A DNA stretch of 64,000 nucleotides from Tubulanus polymorphus (taxonomy: Eukaryota; Animalia; Nemertea): positions 13,858,485 to 13,922,484 of the forward strand of contig NC_134027.1 in NCBI RefSeq assembly GCF_964204645.1, given 5' to 3'. Shown here piece by piece: positions 12,351 to 25,997 of the stretch. Position 1 is the stretch's first letter. Every line of letters starts with the position of its first letter. The position numbers and the translations under genes were made by a program. Under the pieces are notes generated by a model. The model was not told where the DNA came from, made no database searches, and saw only the letters and a program-made list of their open reading frames with translations.

Positions 12351-12774
12351 CTTCTGGATTAATGGTTCCACAGTGGCTGTTGGTAACTAAGGTCCTGAAT
12401 TTTTTCTCCTTGGTTTTTCGTAATTCATTTTCAAGTTTTCTCACTCGGTAGTCGATATTATCCAGTTATTCTTGTTTCATGTTTAGTTGAAAATTTCTCT
12501 CTAATGATGTCATTATTTGTTCGTCATCCATATCTAGTTTCATTATTTTACTCTTACAAATCACAATGGTTTTCTTTACTAATTTATGTGAAGCTGTGTT
12601 TAAGATTCCATTTATTGTCTCCAATTTCTCTGGTGTAAAATCAAAGGTTAAGATCCATTTAATCAAAAAACCTTTCAGTAGTAGCCCTTGGTCATTGCAT
12701 CTGGTCAAAAAATCTTTGTGACTATCATATCATGCATGTTTTTCTCGTAAACGACGGAGAAAATGGAACATATA

Positions 12775-13382
12775 CCGTATTTTCCGGTGTACAAGTTGAC
12801 TTGGTGTATAAGTCGAGGTCAAATTTTCAGTTTAAAGAGTTGTACTAAGTCGGTGTATAAGTGGAGTCCCGTCTTCATGTGTTTACATATGTCACTTTTT
12901 GAAAATATTGCTAGGGTCATTCTCATAGTAGTTGAGAGTCTTTACCACTGTTTGTAATTAATCAGTGGGATCTGTTGTTTCTGATAGTAAATTACCGGAT
13001 TGATTGTATCCACGTGTTGTATGTATTTTATATACATTGAATGCCGCGCACCTGTAGTCTAGTATTAGACTGCTGTGTATTGATTATTGGCACGCTGCCA
13101 CAGCAGCGCAGCTATATAAAGTGCTTTACAATTATACACGCGTGCGCTTTTCTTTCTCATTTGATTTTTAATATCAGTTAATTTTGAACCATTTCCAAAC
13201 TATAAGAAACTATTTTATTCTAAATTCTAATTGGTATGCGAGTGTAGCCTAACATAAATCCTTGAACTCTTAAACATCGGCAGTTTAAATGATATTGAAA
13301 GTGTATTCGGTGCATACGTGGACCTACGTTTTTTGGACATGATTTTGGTCTCAAAAACTCGACTTATACACCGGAAAATACG

Positions 13383-13383
<1 letters not shown>
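12775..13383. mobile_element. Tc1/mariner-type MITE
   Basis: TIR ccgtattttccggtgta / tacaccggaaaatacgg, TA TSD. Confidence 0.85.

Positions 13384-13453
<70 letters not shown>
13384..13453. repeat. (TA)n microsatellite
   Basis: ~70 bp of TA directly after the MITE TSD. Confidence 0.95.
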
Positions 13454-13456
<3 letters not shown>

Positions 13457-13787
13457 TATTACTCCCTGACGGTGACCTCAGCCATCATTCCAAGCAATGA
13501 ATGAGTCTGTTTTTAGAACAGACTTGCAGTTGCATTCCCGATAACACATGGCATATAGATAACAGGCCACGGCAATGCGCCACTCATATAACCACAGAAG
13601 GTGACAGCGTGCTGCAGGAACTCGGAAGTACGCCACTCAACGCAACGCACCAAGCCAACGCGCCAAGCTATTTTTGACAACGCACAATGAATCTCAATCG
13701 AACAAAAGACGAGTATTGATACACGTTATTTCCAGACAGGTTTCCAGAGCCATAAAGAAGTCAATAATACAAGAGTTCAATACTTAC

Positions 13788-13923
13788 TTATCATTACGTA
13801 TATGCTCGTATAATCGCTTGAATTGCCGTGCTTGTAATATACACAATGCGGATATACACAAAAATGATAGAAGACAAGGATATATTCGCCGTAGTATCAA
13901 TGAGTGCAACTCAATTTCCAAAC
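13788..13923 (-). CDS. MARCHF6: MARCHF6 coding exon (LEIELHSLILRRIYP...QFKRLYEHIRNDK)
   Basis: ttctag/gtaagt, 136 nt. Confidence 0.95.
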
Positions 13924-14654
13924 CTAGAAGAACAATTGTAGTAATATGTATATGTATGTTCTTAATGAAATGCATATACTAACATGGGTTATTTAGATAC
14001 CCTAGCATTCAACGCCATCATTTTTTTTCAATAACCATGAGTGAGCAAATATTGTCATATTCTTCACGTTTGGCAATTAATTAATCGGGCATTGGTTGAC
14101 TGTGATGCAATAGTTGGCAATGGTGTGCCCCAACAATGAGTTGCTAACAGATGCAAGGTGGACATATGACTGTCCTAAAACAGCTACCGTGATGAGCTTA
14201 ACTGTGTCAGCGGAATTATCTCTAGCTTGAAATACTTCTCAGCAACATCTACTGCATAGTGCTGTATACTATGCACACGATGAGCATTTCTAACAATTAT
14301 ATAAGATAAACAGGGATAACAAAAGGTTTGAATACTGTAAGTATCAATATGTAGCTCGGGAGTTCAAATGACATGAATTCAGTTACCGGTATCCTTCAGC
14401 GGATAGCACAACAAATGCACAACATAGTCGTTGGCCAACACGAATCCCACTGAATTAACCAGGGAATACTAAGCATTGTCACTGAACATGCCATCCATTC
14501 AAAAGATACAGCTGCTGATCTCGAATCTGGATTTCAAATTAAACAATGGAAATTTTGGGGAGTTTCAACTATTCTTAAATTGGATTTGGCACTTGACGTC
14601 AAACAAGGACCTATATTGCATCGATACTACATTCAAAATGGTACTTATACTTAC

Positions 14655-14877
14655 CACACAAAGGTATGACACTTTTATAGATGATGTATGGAACCGCAAG
14701 AGCTATGCCCAGAGAACTAACCACAGGGAAACATAGACGCAAACATATATATTTCAGGTTTATATTCCGAAGACCATCATTATACACCTGTTCAATCACT
14801 TCCTTTAACCACCAATGAGGACCCATCATGGTTACTGCACAGATAACTTTAGCATGCAATACTCCCAGTGCCCAGTT
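14655..14877 (-). CDS. MARCHF6: MARCHF6 coding exon (NWALGVLHAKVI...SVIPLC)
   Basis: tatag/gtaagt, 223 nt. Confidence 0.95.
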
Positions 14878-15459
14878 CTATAATATAAGAAAAATGTCGC
14901 TGAATGAATGTGGCTTGCTTGATTAGATAATCTCAAGCTTTCAGGAGAGACCTTTACCTATCTTGTTTCTGAATTAAGTCTCAATGATCTACCCCTCAGA
15001 TAAGGATAAATTTCTCATAATGCCAGTATTATCAAAAATATTTTTCTTACTTGTATGCGTAACTTGTATTGTAATGCTTAATCCCTTGTATAAGTTCACA
15101 ATGCATTGGATACAATCAAACTTCAATTCAAAGGCTAGACATCAGTATAAATATCTAAAAGTTGCCAAAAAAAAAAGAACAAATTTTTGCCACAACTGAC
15201 GAGGTAAAGACTTAAGATTTTTTTTCAACTGTCTAGCTGTCTAAGATTAATTCATCTTGAAGTCATGTGCTACAACCAGATGACATCCAGCAACGAGTCT
15301 TCGCTTCATCAGCTTCTTTTATCGTGGTGGCTAAATTGATGTTTTTTTGGTAATTTTAAGACATTTAGGTATCTAAGCATTGAGGTGACGTTCTATCATT
15401 TCCATTGCATTATGAGAGTATCACATTTCAAGGATTATGTGTGACGACGTATAGTAAGT

Positions 15460-18400
15460 AAAACAAAAAGCCTATCGGCTAGCTCTGCTGTGGGTGCCCC
15501 TTTGTGGCCAAATCCAAAAAGGGCTCTGTATGTTGGAGGTATTGGTCCATAATTTTAGAAGATTCATACCAAATTTGGACTTGATCTGATTAAAACTGTA
15601 GGACTAATTGCAACTTGAACAAGAAACGAAATTCTTAATATGGGCTTTCCTAAATTTACATGAGTGTAATGATTAATCAGCACCAAAATTAAACATAGGT
15701 ACAGAAATTTAAAAACAAATGAAAAGGACTGATAACTGATGGATTGAATTCAAATGATGGGAGAAAATTGACTTGTTACAGACCGGAAATAAGGACGGAA
15801 AATATCAAGACAAAAATTGTATTTTCTCAAATTATGAATGGAAACACATACCTATCTTCGTCATGTAGTTTTTGGCAGAATTTCAGAGAATCTGTTCTCC
15901 AAGTAATCAAAAAAGCCTAAGATGCCCCCCCTTGATTGAATCAAGAAGTTTTCATGAAAATCTGTCTATTGATACGATCTCCATCACACACAACTGCATG
16001 ATGATTCATCATGAATATACATGGTAGCGGGTTTTCCCCACTGACTCAAATAGACGCTCTCCACGTTGATTTCATTTATTTCATACACTGTGTACAGTTT
16101 GTTAACATTAGACAATTTATTTTCGTAAATTGAACAATTTCCAAGATTCAGTTCTCCCTTTCCCAATTTTACTGTCCTTCTATTCACTGCTTTTCACGGT
16201 TGGCCGCCACACAATATGGCAGTTGAATCATTCGCAGTTTCCAAGAAAACTTAAAACTAGGCCACGCGCAGGGAGCACTTTTTTTCATATACATGCACAG
16301 ATCAATACACCACACTGCAGCCAGTGTATGTGTCTAGCACGTGTGTGAAGCATGAATAAACGTAAAAGGGCATATGTTCTTTCGAAACGCAATGTATTTC
16401 CAACAACAAATAAATAACTAAATTAATATTCAATAGGGTAAGAGCTTTTATTACTCCATTGAATGCTTTGAAAGTTCCGAAGAGAAAATATAAGCCTCGT
16501 TTTTAAGTTATTTTGTGCCAAAGCAAGAAAGTTTTAAATTGCATAACAAAATGGACTTCGCTAAAGCGAAAGCCATTATAAATAGAAACTCCACCCCTAT
16601 GACAAATCAAAAAATGGCTCTGCAACTATATAGGCCTTGGTCCATAGAGCATTCATACCAAATTTGGAATTGATCTGATTAAAACTGTAGGACTAGTTAA
16701 GTTACAATTTGAATTAATAGAAACTCCACCCCTAGGGGACAAATCCAAAATTAATTGCCCATGGGCAAAGTGTGGTTTACCTTGAAAGCTAGAGATTGTT
16801 TGGAGTAAGGGCATTGCTTGAAAAATCTTTTTAATTCGTGACTTCAAAGTTCTAGAAGTTTATATTGTATTTTATCTTTCTTAATGAATTATTTTGTAGT
16901 CAAATAAGACCAAAGATAAACATTTGTTTATGGTCTACGTCCAAAATTTCATAGGGTACAGGTAGGCGCAGCATTGAAAACTATTTTATATTTTCAAAGA
17001 AATATTTTTCACAATATGAAAAAATATTCAAATGATGTCACATATCAGAGGGTGGCTGAATAGAGTCTTGGAAACGAAACCTCTTCCAATGTATGGCCAA
17101 GGAAGCTAAAACCAGGGCGTAGTATTAGATCGTTTTAAATCCTGGAATTTACCACTACAATATTCAGACCTTGGCCTATACCTATAGTTTGCTGCTTAGT
17201 ATTTTCAGGTCAAAAGAAATTACAATTCATTACAAATTCTATCAAACAGAAAACACAGCGCTCATCTGCTACGACGATTATTCAGCTTGTTATCATACCA
17301 AACGTACACGCGCCAAGCAGCGTTACAGCATCACCATGTAGAAGTCTGTATTAGCGTGTGTTTGTGTGCGCAATAGTCTAATGTTAGCACTCCCGCGCAC
17401 GTGGAGGCCTTGACGTATAGTGAACGTTCGCTTCACGTCAATCTCAATCAACACATTCACCGGGTATTAAAATGAAACAATACCTATGGCGATATGTGAA
17501 AAAATTATATTCTCACCAGCAATGAGCATTTGAAATTCGCACATATACGGCACCTAATCCAATGAAACTTTCGCCATTAATGGCTTTCCCATAATTATTT
17601 TAGTAGCGCCGGAATTCCCCGTATATCCCAAAAACAGTCAATCACATTCGCTCGTAGAGACGACGCCTCCCAATTGAGGTCATTGCAATTTTATACGCAA
17701 GAGCTAAGAATTTTCCCGCCAAAAACAGTTTTTCGTCGAATTTAAACAAAGTTGACCATGTCATCGTCGGAGGTTCGTCATGTCTTCAATTGCATCGATT
17801 ATACGTTGTTTAACCCGAGAACCAATGAAAAAAATGCTCACATAAAAAAACGTACCGCGATTTTACATGAATTGGCTCAATGCCAACCTCATACTGCTGA
17901 CGAAGGTAAACCAAAAAGGCTCTGATACTTTATAGGCCTAAGTCCCTAGAACATTCATACTAAATTTGAAATTGATCTGATTAAAACTGTAGTACTAGAA
18001 GCAATATCAAGATATAGAAACTCCACCCAAGGGGCACCCCTGGGGGACAAATCAAAACAAGAGGCCCACGGGCCTTATACCTTCGTGACGCAGTAGAAGA
18101 AGAATGATGTTCATTTTTTGTTAATATCCTAACATAAAAAGACAATCCCATTTTTGATGCCCCATCACACTACATGAAAAAATGCACTAAGAATTGTAGG
18201 CATCGTGCTGAAAAGAAATCTAAGATGGATGACAACCATGGCGGCCATACTTGACCAAAATTTTCAATAAGGGTTGACATTTCACCTACCAAAATTCTTA
18301 CACCTGACCTAGTATCATGAAAATGGATCAAGAATTGCAGGCCGTTTCGTGCTAGTAATTCAAGATGGCTACCCTGGCGGCCACATTTGGAAGCCGATGA

Positions 18401-18560
18401 CCTCGATATACACTAGGCATAGGGGAAAAATTCAATGAAATTTTGCATATTCCAGCATTTTTGCATATATCCCAGCACTTCCATGTGGCTTAGAGCTGAT
18501 GGGTGAAATAAGCCATATCAATTCCAAAACCTATTTCTCTCCTTATGACCAAATATCAGC
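15460..18560 (-). mobile_element. Cluster of nested Helentron-type non-autonomous elements
   Basis: Ends aacaagaaacgaaattc (15618), atggacttcgctaaagcgaaagccat (~16551-16578), aacaagaggcccacgggcc (~18056); repeated units containing ttgatctgattaaaactgtag. Confidence 0.6.
16748..17917 (-). mobile_element. Helentron-type element family A copy 2 (uninterrupted, ~1.17 kb)
   Basis: Same ends and internal sequence as copy 1. Confidence 0.85.
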
Positions 18561-18703
18561 TGTGCATATACAGTGGATACAACTTTGTACTACCAAGAGC
18601 CAATAGACAGTTACTCTGAGGACAGTTCTATAAGGATCAACAAAAACTAGTTAAAGCAAAAATTTCCACTCAAGATATAGATTGATCATAAAATAAAATT
18701 TAC

Positions 18704-18838
18704 CTGCCAGGGAAAGAATACTGGACTTTGATTAAGAGGAACACGCAGAGGTGCAACGATTACCAATTCAAAAAGCAATCCTAACATTAAGGGTATAATT
18801 CCAACTAGTACAGAACCAATAACCATCAGTTTAATGCC
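18704..18838 (-). CDS. MARCHF6: MARCHF6 coding exon (GIKLMV...GLLFELVIVAPLRVPLNQSPVFFPWQ)
   Basis: ttcaag/gtaaat, 135 nt. Confidence 0.95.
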
Positions 18839-19293
18839 CTTGAAAGAAAAAGAAATCATTTACTATTAGAAAGATCACAGATGACTTATACAAAATAATC
18901 ATCCAGTTGGTTCCTTACACCTCAAGCCTTAGCTGTGTATGTGCTTGTAGCGCCCTGTATAATTATTGGTAAGCACTGACTGGAGCTATTTACTGGGAAT
19001 ACTTCATGTACTGAATGGATGAAACATAGAGTATCAAGGCATGTGACCATAACACACATAGGCCTAATACAGACAGATATTATATGATGATGGGATACAT
19101 ATGAGTGCCAACTGCATATTCCTTTGGCTGCTATATGAAACCTTTTAGTCTTGAATCCACATGCAATAGATCTCTAAGACCTTTACACTTATGTTAAGAT
19201 CATCAAGTGATACAAAACCCAGACATGGGGAAAAGACTTAGCATTTTGTATGATTTATGAGATGTGAAGAATGTATCAAAGGATTCAACTCAC

Positions 19294-19475
19294 CCAAGTA
19301 ATCCAATCGTTCAGTCTCCTTGCAATGGCAAGCCATCCTTGTGGCACCCAGGTGTAGAATACAGTAAATATTCTCATAGTCATCCAGCAAATGTACAATC
19401 CACATGCTGCTGTATACAATTCATGCATTTTGGCTTCACCCATTCGTAGTGACATTACCTTTCTGCCTAAAAAAA
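19294..19475 (-). CDS. MARCHF6: MARCHF6 coding exon (FLGRKVMS...HELYTAACGLYICW...DWITW)
   Basis: ttgcag/gtgagt, 182 nt; HELYTAACGLY motif. Confidence 0.95.
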
Positions 19476-19584
19476 CTGCAATAAAACGGAAACACTTTTT
19501 TAAAATATTATTTGATTATAGTTAGATGGTGATAGAAAAGGCAATGGCAGAAAGATACAGCAATATTAGATAGACATTTTTTAC

Positions 19585-19654
19585 CTGGAACTGTTAGTAA
19601 AATCAAGCTAAAGACAAACAAGGACGAACACATGATCAAAAATAAGACCATCAC
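19585..19654 (-). CDS. MARCHF6: MARCHF6 coding exon (VMVLFLIMCSSLFVFSLILLTVP)
   Basis: ttacag/gtaaaa, 70 nt; transmembrane helix, phase fits neighbours. Confidence 0.88.
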
Positions 19655-19932
19655 CTGTAAATGTGGAAAAAAAAATGTTGTCACATTATAGCAGAGGATG
19701 GATGACTTATATTGGGGTTTACAAGATTGTGCCTCAAATGGGAAACTAAGGGTTCAGGGACACCTGCCTACTTGGGAGTGTTTTCAAATGCTCAACATTC
19801 TAACTAGTTTCAATATTCAACACCCGTGACCATATACAAAACCCAATGAAGGGATGTGATTATGAAAATCTGTATATTTCACATACGCTAGGATACTTCA
19901 TTCTCCCCTTCACCCTTTCGTTTTTGCTGGTA

Positions 19933-20766
19933 CAGGGATCCCAACGGTAGTTACCAAAAAATCGAAAATCAATTTGGCCTCATTCTGTCCTGGCAAGTGC
20001 TGCAGGCGCGAAGCCACGCTTCGCACCAACGGTGTGAAGTCATAAGGGAGGGTTTGGGGGTCCTCCCCAAGAAAATGTTTGAAATTTGAAGCAATTTCCG
20101 GACATCTGAGAAATTCTCTGGACCAGAATCTAGCAAAAATTAATATCAGTTTAATGTGGAAGCCATGTTTGCTTTATAACAAATGTATTGAAGATTCTGA
20201 TTGGTGGTTGAAATCTTCAAACAAAAAATTGAAAGCGGGTTCGAATCCTTGAGGCAGCAGATATTTTTCTCGGTAGAAAGATTTTTCAATAGTTTATTCG
20301 AATATAAAAAAATATATTTACGGGCAGTCGACATTTTGGATCCGTTGGTATTGATTTATTGAATAGTTTGTTTGACAATATGTATGCATCACGCGCGCGT
20401 CAGTCTGATGATTACTGCTGTGCACTGAACAGTAGACCACGTGCACGCAGTAATGTATAGACACTGCTCACTAGCGTACGGCGCATGTATGAATGCTGTC
20501 GTACATTGTTCCACTATTTTCTTATTCATATCGTGGCAGCACGTGGCCGCCTACAATACTGTACTTCAGTAGGCGGTACAGTATCGATTTTCCTAGATGA
20601 AGACTACACTCAGGCTAGCCACGGCAAGTCGATTATTACGGAACTCGTGACCACAAGTGGCATAACCAGTCATAACCCCCTATCCCCTTTATTTTAACAT
20701 CAAATATCCATAAAAAATTCTTGAAAAGTCGGAATTCCGGTTAATGTCAGAAGATAGGGATCCCTG
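19933..20766. mobile_element. hAT-type MITE with 6-bp TSD
   Basis: TIR cagggatccc/gggatccctg; ctggta on both flanks. Confidence 0.75.
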
Positions 20767-20793
20767 CTGGTAAAATCCGCACTCCAACTAATT

Positions 20794-23090
20794 AACTAGA
20801 ATTACGCCTTGTGGCTTTAAATACCCCCTCCCAAAAAAAAACTCTTCCCCATTCCACTCTGTAGGAAATAGAGTTGAACATAGATAAACCAGTCTTAACT
20901 TTCACATCAAGTTGACTTTCAGTCAGATATTCCAGGCTGTATCGTACTAAACAAGAAATTCAAGATGGCTACCCTGGTGGCCATATTTGATGGCTGATGC
21001 TAGCAAGAAAATCAACATGTCTGCCCTAGTAACCATAATGGACGCGCGATGACCTCCATTTTCAATAGTGGTGAACATCTTACCTGCCCCAATCATCACA
21101 CAAAGTTTCATGTAAATCCTTAAAGAATTTTAGGTGTATCATGCTAGCAAGAAAATCTTGATGTCTGCCCTAGCGACCATTTGATGGGTGATGACCTCCA
21201 TTTATCTTATATCTTACCTGCCCCAATCCTCAAAACAAGTTTCATGTTATTCCATTAAGAACTGTAGGCTTTATCGTGCTAACAATATAATGCCGTGGCC
21301 ATATTTGATGGCCAATGGCTTCCATTTTCAATAGAGGCACAAACCTATTTAAAGGGGTCATGAAGAGGTTTTTTCAAAAATTTTTTAATCTCATTTTTTT
21401 GTATGAAACATTTACCATATGCATCTATAGTAGCCACGCGAAAAATTTTTTAAATATCATTATCCAAACTCGAGAAAAGCATGTAGCAACAGCCCTAGCA
21501 ACGGGTACTCGCGTTTGCGCGGTGATGTTGATGACGTCATTCTGAGAACATATCGCCTGCAGCATACTCGGAAGTGTTATAGTACAATGCTCATTTTCCT
21601 TGAATATCCCGCTAATTTGACCGTCTTTTGAAATGCCTTGACTGTGTGTAGCTATAAACTGTTCCCACAAAGGCAATTTTAGTGACCAAAACCTCAGATT
21701 TGGCCCTAAGATGATGGACCGTAAGAGGAAAAACATCCTGCCTATGTGTAAACTATCTTCGCACTTTAGAGAAGGATTTCTTTCTAATATTATGGCACAT
21801 ATAAACTTGGATACACAAAACTTATGTTTTTATTATCTGAGAGCCTTTTATTCAGCCAAGTGACGCTATCTCTGCAAATTCAATATACCTAGTAAGATAT
21901 ACGCGCTTTCCACGGCCAATATAGCACTGGTTTTCCCCAGTGACCCACATCACTGTAGTGAGTACAACATACTGACTGTATGTATGCAGCACACATTACT
22001 ATTACACGGGATGGAGCAGGCTTGGCTGGATACTACACGGACAAGTTTACGGTTTCAGGACGCTTTATGGTCCAGTACTGGATAAAACCCTCTGCCCACA
22101 GAAATATCTGCGATGTCTATATCAGTCATTTTCTCCACATGGTTTTAACAAATAGAGGGAATTACTTTCAAATGATAATGCTCCACGACGTAGAAATATG
22201 CTGTACTCTATAGCCACTAATTCCTTCGTTCTGAGGCGTCAGGTCCAAATTAAATGGACTAATTTCCACTGTCTATTTAAAACAACTGTTGGCTTCCTAA
22301 ACTGCAGACGTTTGATTGGAATCTGATGTATTTGAGTCACTTTTTTGCACTTTAATCGCTGTTAGTATCACCCGTTTGTATACACTACACCATGTTGTTT
22401 TAGGCTGGGTTCTCAGAATGATGTCACACGGTTGGGAATAAATCAGCACGGCCGATCAAAAGTCTCCTGTTAACAGTAATTGAACAATGTAAAATTAATT
22501 TCTTGACCCATAAATCAATAAATAGGTTATAATTGATGCTAAAAAATGCTTTTAGCCATATCTCAAAAACCTTTTCATGACCCCTTTTAAGTAACTCACT
22601 AAATTTCATGAAAATCCATCAAAAATTATAGGCTAACGAGAAATTCAAGATGGCTGTCCTGGCGACCATATTTGATGACTTATTACCTCTATTTTGGATA
22701 AGTGTGGACATCTCATCTGCCCCAATCCTCACACTGAGTTTCATAGAAATCAATCAAGAATTGTAGGTTGCATTGTTCTAACAAGATAATTCAAGATGGC
22801 TGCCCTGCCAGCCATATTTGATTGCTGATGATCTCAATTTTTTGATAGGGGTGCACATCTTACCCACCAAAACTCATTCACTAAATATTTATGAAAATCT
22901 ATCAAGAATTATATGCTGCATTGTGCTAACTAGTAAGTCAATATGGCTGCCATAATTAGTGGCCCATGACCTCTATTTTCAATAGGGGCGAAAATCTGAC
23001 GTGCCGAAATGAAATGTACATGTAGATGCAATGTAAAAGTACATGCGATAGCAAAATGGACTTCGCTTATGTGAAAGTCCATTACAAATC
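20794..23090 (-). mobile_element. Helentron-type element with internal ~150-bp tandem array
   Basis: Repeated aagaaattcaagatggct..ctgg..gccatatttga units; end atggacttcgcttatgtgaaagtccatt. Confidence 0.65.
21353..22585. mobile_element. Kolobok-type non-autonomous DNA transposon
   Basis: TIR aggggtcatgaa/ttcatgacccct flanked by TTAA. Confidence 0.75.
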
Positions 23091-23773
23091 CACAGGAACA
23101 AAGAATATTCATTTTGTCATTGCAATGAGCAGTGAATGGCTATGAATGACCAGTTCATGGGATATTATTCATTCTTGGATACAGTAGTCGTCTGATCGCA
23201 TAGGGTTGAGTGCATACCAACTGGCATAGTCATTAGTTGTACCACCTTTCCCCTGCAATTCCATACATGGGATCATAGTTCAGATGCACAGTATCCACAG
23301 CAGATGTAAATGCAGACTATGCACGCCATGTACAGGTGTTCTTCAGTTTGTTTGTCAATCACACTCTAGCAAATAATGCTGGAGAAGACAATTGCTACAC
23401 TCAATTGGGATAAGTCCTCTCAACTCACTGTGTACGCAGTACCATTGTCTCTAAACCTACTACAAAAGGGGATTCCTCGCATTGAGCAATACATTAACTA
23501 TGGAAACAGTTTATCCATGTATGTCATACAGGCATAATTTAAATGTATTTTTCACGAACAGGCTTATGAGCTGATTGTAGAATATATGAGCAAATATACA
23601 AACAAGTTCCCAAAAATAGACACTTAATATAACTGGCTATGATGGCAGATTTTTTTATCAACGCAGGTGAGAATTTTGCAAGTCAATAAAGTGAAAAACT
23701 TGACTTTCAAATGGAAAATTCAAAACTTGACTTTCAAAACGAAAAAAAAGAAGAAAATCTGGATTCTCTCTGA

Positions 23774-24585
23774 CAGTGTTACCAGTTCCAGAGTACCAAA
23801 ATTCCAGGAAAAAAATGTAATGAAATTATGCCTCGAAAATGATCCTAAGACTGCCGGCCGAGCCACCAGCTTGCGAGCACCGAAGGTGCGAAGCAACTTA
23901 GGGGGGGGGGGGGTTTTGGGGTACCTCCCCAAAGAAGATTTTGAAATTCCAATTCATTCCATTCCAAGAGTCTTCCAGAGCTATTTTGGAATCGAAAAAC
24001 TAAATAAAACGGCCCTTCCCCCTGGCGAAAATATTATTCCTGATTTCTTATTCATGATCGGTGATAAAGCTAAGAAAATAACCAAAGCACCCAACACATT
24101 CAGTGTTATCATCTGATCACCTTATTAATTCATAGCCCCTTAATATAATTTACGATTCTTAAAGATATTATTATACTTGAAAATTAAACATTTCTAAGTT
24201 AAAATACGCGCGACGCATCTCCGCTGTGTTACAATACAGCACGCATGTAATAATAGCCGTATGTGTTCTCTGTTCCCTGCTGCAGTGTGTCTGTGGTTAT
24301 TTATAGCAATTACAAAAGCATTGAGAACACTGCTTGCTCCAGCAAACAGGTGTTGAAAGACGAAACAATACTGACAAAACATAACGCTGTACACAACAAG
24401 CCATGGCCGCATGAAAATACGGTGAAACCATATGGGTTTTTGTTTGAGAGGATTTATCTTTATAACAACAAAGATAAATTCTCTCTAACAAAAAAGACCG
24501 AAGCCATAAGTTATCAAACCAGTAGCTCAAATTTCCGGAAAATCCAGAGATCGTTCAAAGCCAATCCGGAGAATTGGTAACACTA
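23774..24585. mobile_element. Probable hAT-type MITE
   Basis: cagtgttacca ... tggtaacacta; no clear TSD. Confidence 0.45.
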
Positions 24586-24679
24586 ATCGGATCTACATCT
24601 ACATCTATATCGGATCAGTCAGTAATGCAATGCAGCTGGATGACAAAACCTGTATGGCACAAATGCCGCTATTTCTTAC

Positions 24680-24895
24680 CCTAAGATAGAAACATGAAGA
24701 TCTTTTGTACGGTTGAAATCCAGTCGGGCCACCACCTTGTAACATGGCTTGATGAGCAGCTCCTAAGCCAAAGCCAATGAATGGTGGGGCAACATCACCT
24801 TGATTATCAATAGGTCCATCATTTGGATCAGCAGCAGCTGGTTGTGCTTGGTTTGGTTGATGAGGAGGGAGGTTCCCGTATCGGATCACATTATC
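24680..24895 (-). CDS. MARCHF6: MARCHF6 coding exon (DNVIRYG...AAHQAMLQGGGPTGFQPYKR...LR)
   Basis: ttttag/gtaaga, 216 nt; AAHQA..QxGGPxGFQPY motif. Confidence 0.93.
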
Positions 24896-25220
24896 CTAAA
24901 ATATGAAGATAGGTGAATCTTGTTTATTTGTTCATTATCACTTTAACCATTAAAATATGCATTAAAGTAGAAATAGTCTATCACATATATTAGACCTATA
25001 ATTTCTATGGCTTGCATAATGTGACAACTAAGCAAAGCAGTGCGTATAGCAAATTAAATGACCACTTAATAATACATTTTCAGGTGTGTAAATTGGGGGT
25101 AAAAGTCCTGATACCCTATACAACAAATTCTGAACAATTTTTACTTGCCCTACTAAAGGGATTACTATACAACATTATAACGCATTGACGAATGGATGGG
25201 AAAATGTACAGCAGACTTAC

Positions 25221-25407
25221 ATCATCTTCATTGATGGGTACATCACCGAGAAGATATGATCTCATATCTAACAACCAAGACATTGCTATCACCCAGCCTT
25301 TTACAAGTCCTTTAATCCATATCCTAGTGTGTCCTTGTTCTAGCAATGCTGGTAATACTACTTGCAGTAAAAGAAGTTCCAGAGAAAGTTCACTTACTGG
25401 AGCATCA
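25221..25407 (-). CDS. MARCHF6: MARCHF6 coding exon (DAPVSELSLELLLLQVVLPALLEQGHTR...NEDD)
   Basis: ttgcag/gtaagt, 187 nt. Confidence 0.96.
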
Positions 25408-25997
25408 CTGCAAAATGTAAGTTGCGTAAGGTAAAAAATTCACGTAAGAGTTTTACAAGTCATATTTATCTTACCAAGTTATGTATTAGTTATTTATTAG
25501 TTATTAGTTAGTGCCCAAAAATGAAAAGTACAAAACAGCTTCTGGTTACCTTGACCTTTGACCTACAGGAAATATAATCAATTACCCATAGTCTCTAGGA
25601 TAACCCACCCATAAAAAGTCATCTCTAACCATTCAAGTGCCCATAACTTGGTCTGGATGTAGAGCAATCCATTTTGAATTTAGAATAGTTGTTATATATA
25701 CTTAAGTGAAGGTTTTCATGTAAAATAAACTAGTAAACCTGTCAGGTACTTTCCGTCTTGTATTTATTCTACACCAGAGTAAAACGGCAGCTATACAGTT
25801 TTTCAAGTAAACAATATCGAGATACCCCTAATTTCATTTTTCAGACTAACGGACTAAACACTGGGCTAATGACTGCAATTTTAATTAACAATGACGCTTT
25901 AAGGCATGAAATGTATTATCGAGCTTTTCTATGCACTGTCAGTTCTCGATATTCCACAATTGAAAAAATTGTAAATTGTTTCTGATATCTATTTTAC

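Larger units (their letters stand above)
7120..12774 (-). mobile_element. Decayed Penelope-like retroelement (RT plus C-terminal GIY-YIG) with an in-frame OTU protease domain
   Basis: Motifs in order: HKDFLTRC..KG; OTU; VVNLSSK..LRKGLKFVPT; IVIRPGDKGSGIVIMD; SYIKDTTH; YIQQGGTAIGSK; VDDIW; KKTDKHLYLDYSLCH; CETCGKKCAIC; VYAIFC..VGETGDSLYRR; half hammerhead CTGATGAAGGAC at ~7131-7142. Confidence 0.88.

Noticed and set aside
23667-24580. ORFs of 105-149 aa in a MARCHF6 intron
   Set aside because: They overlap a MITE-like repeat and have no recognisable domains.
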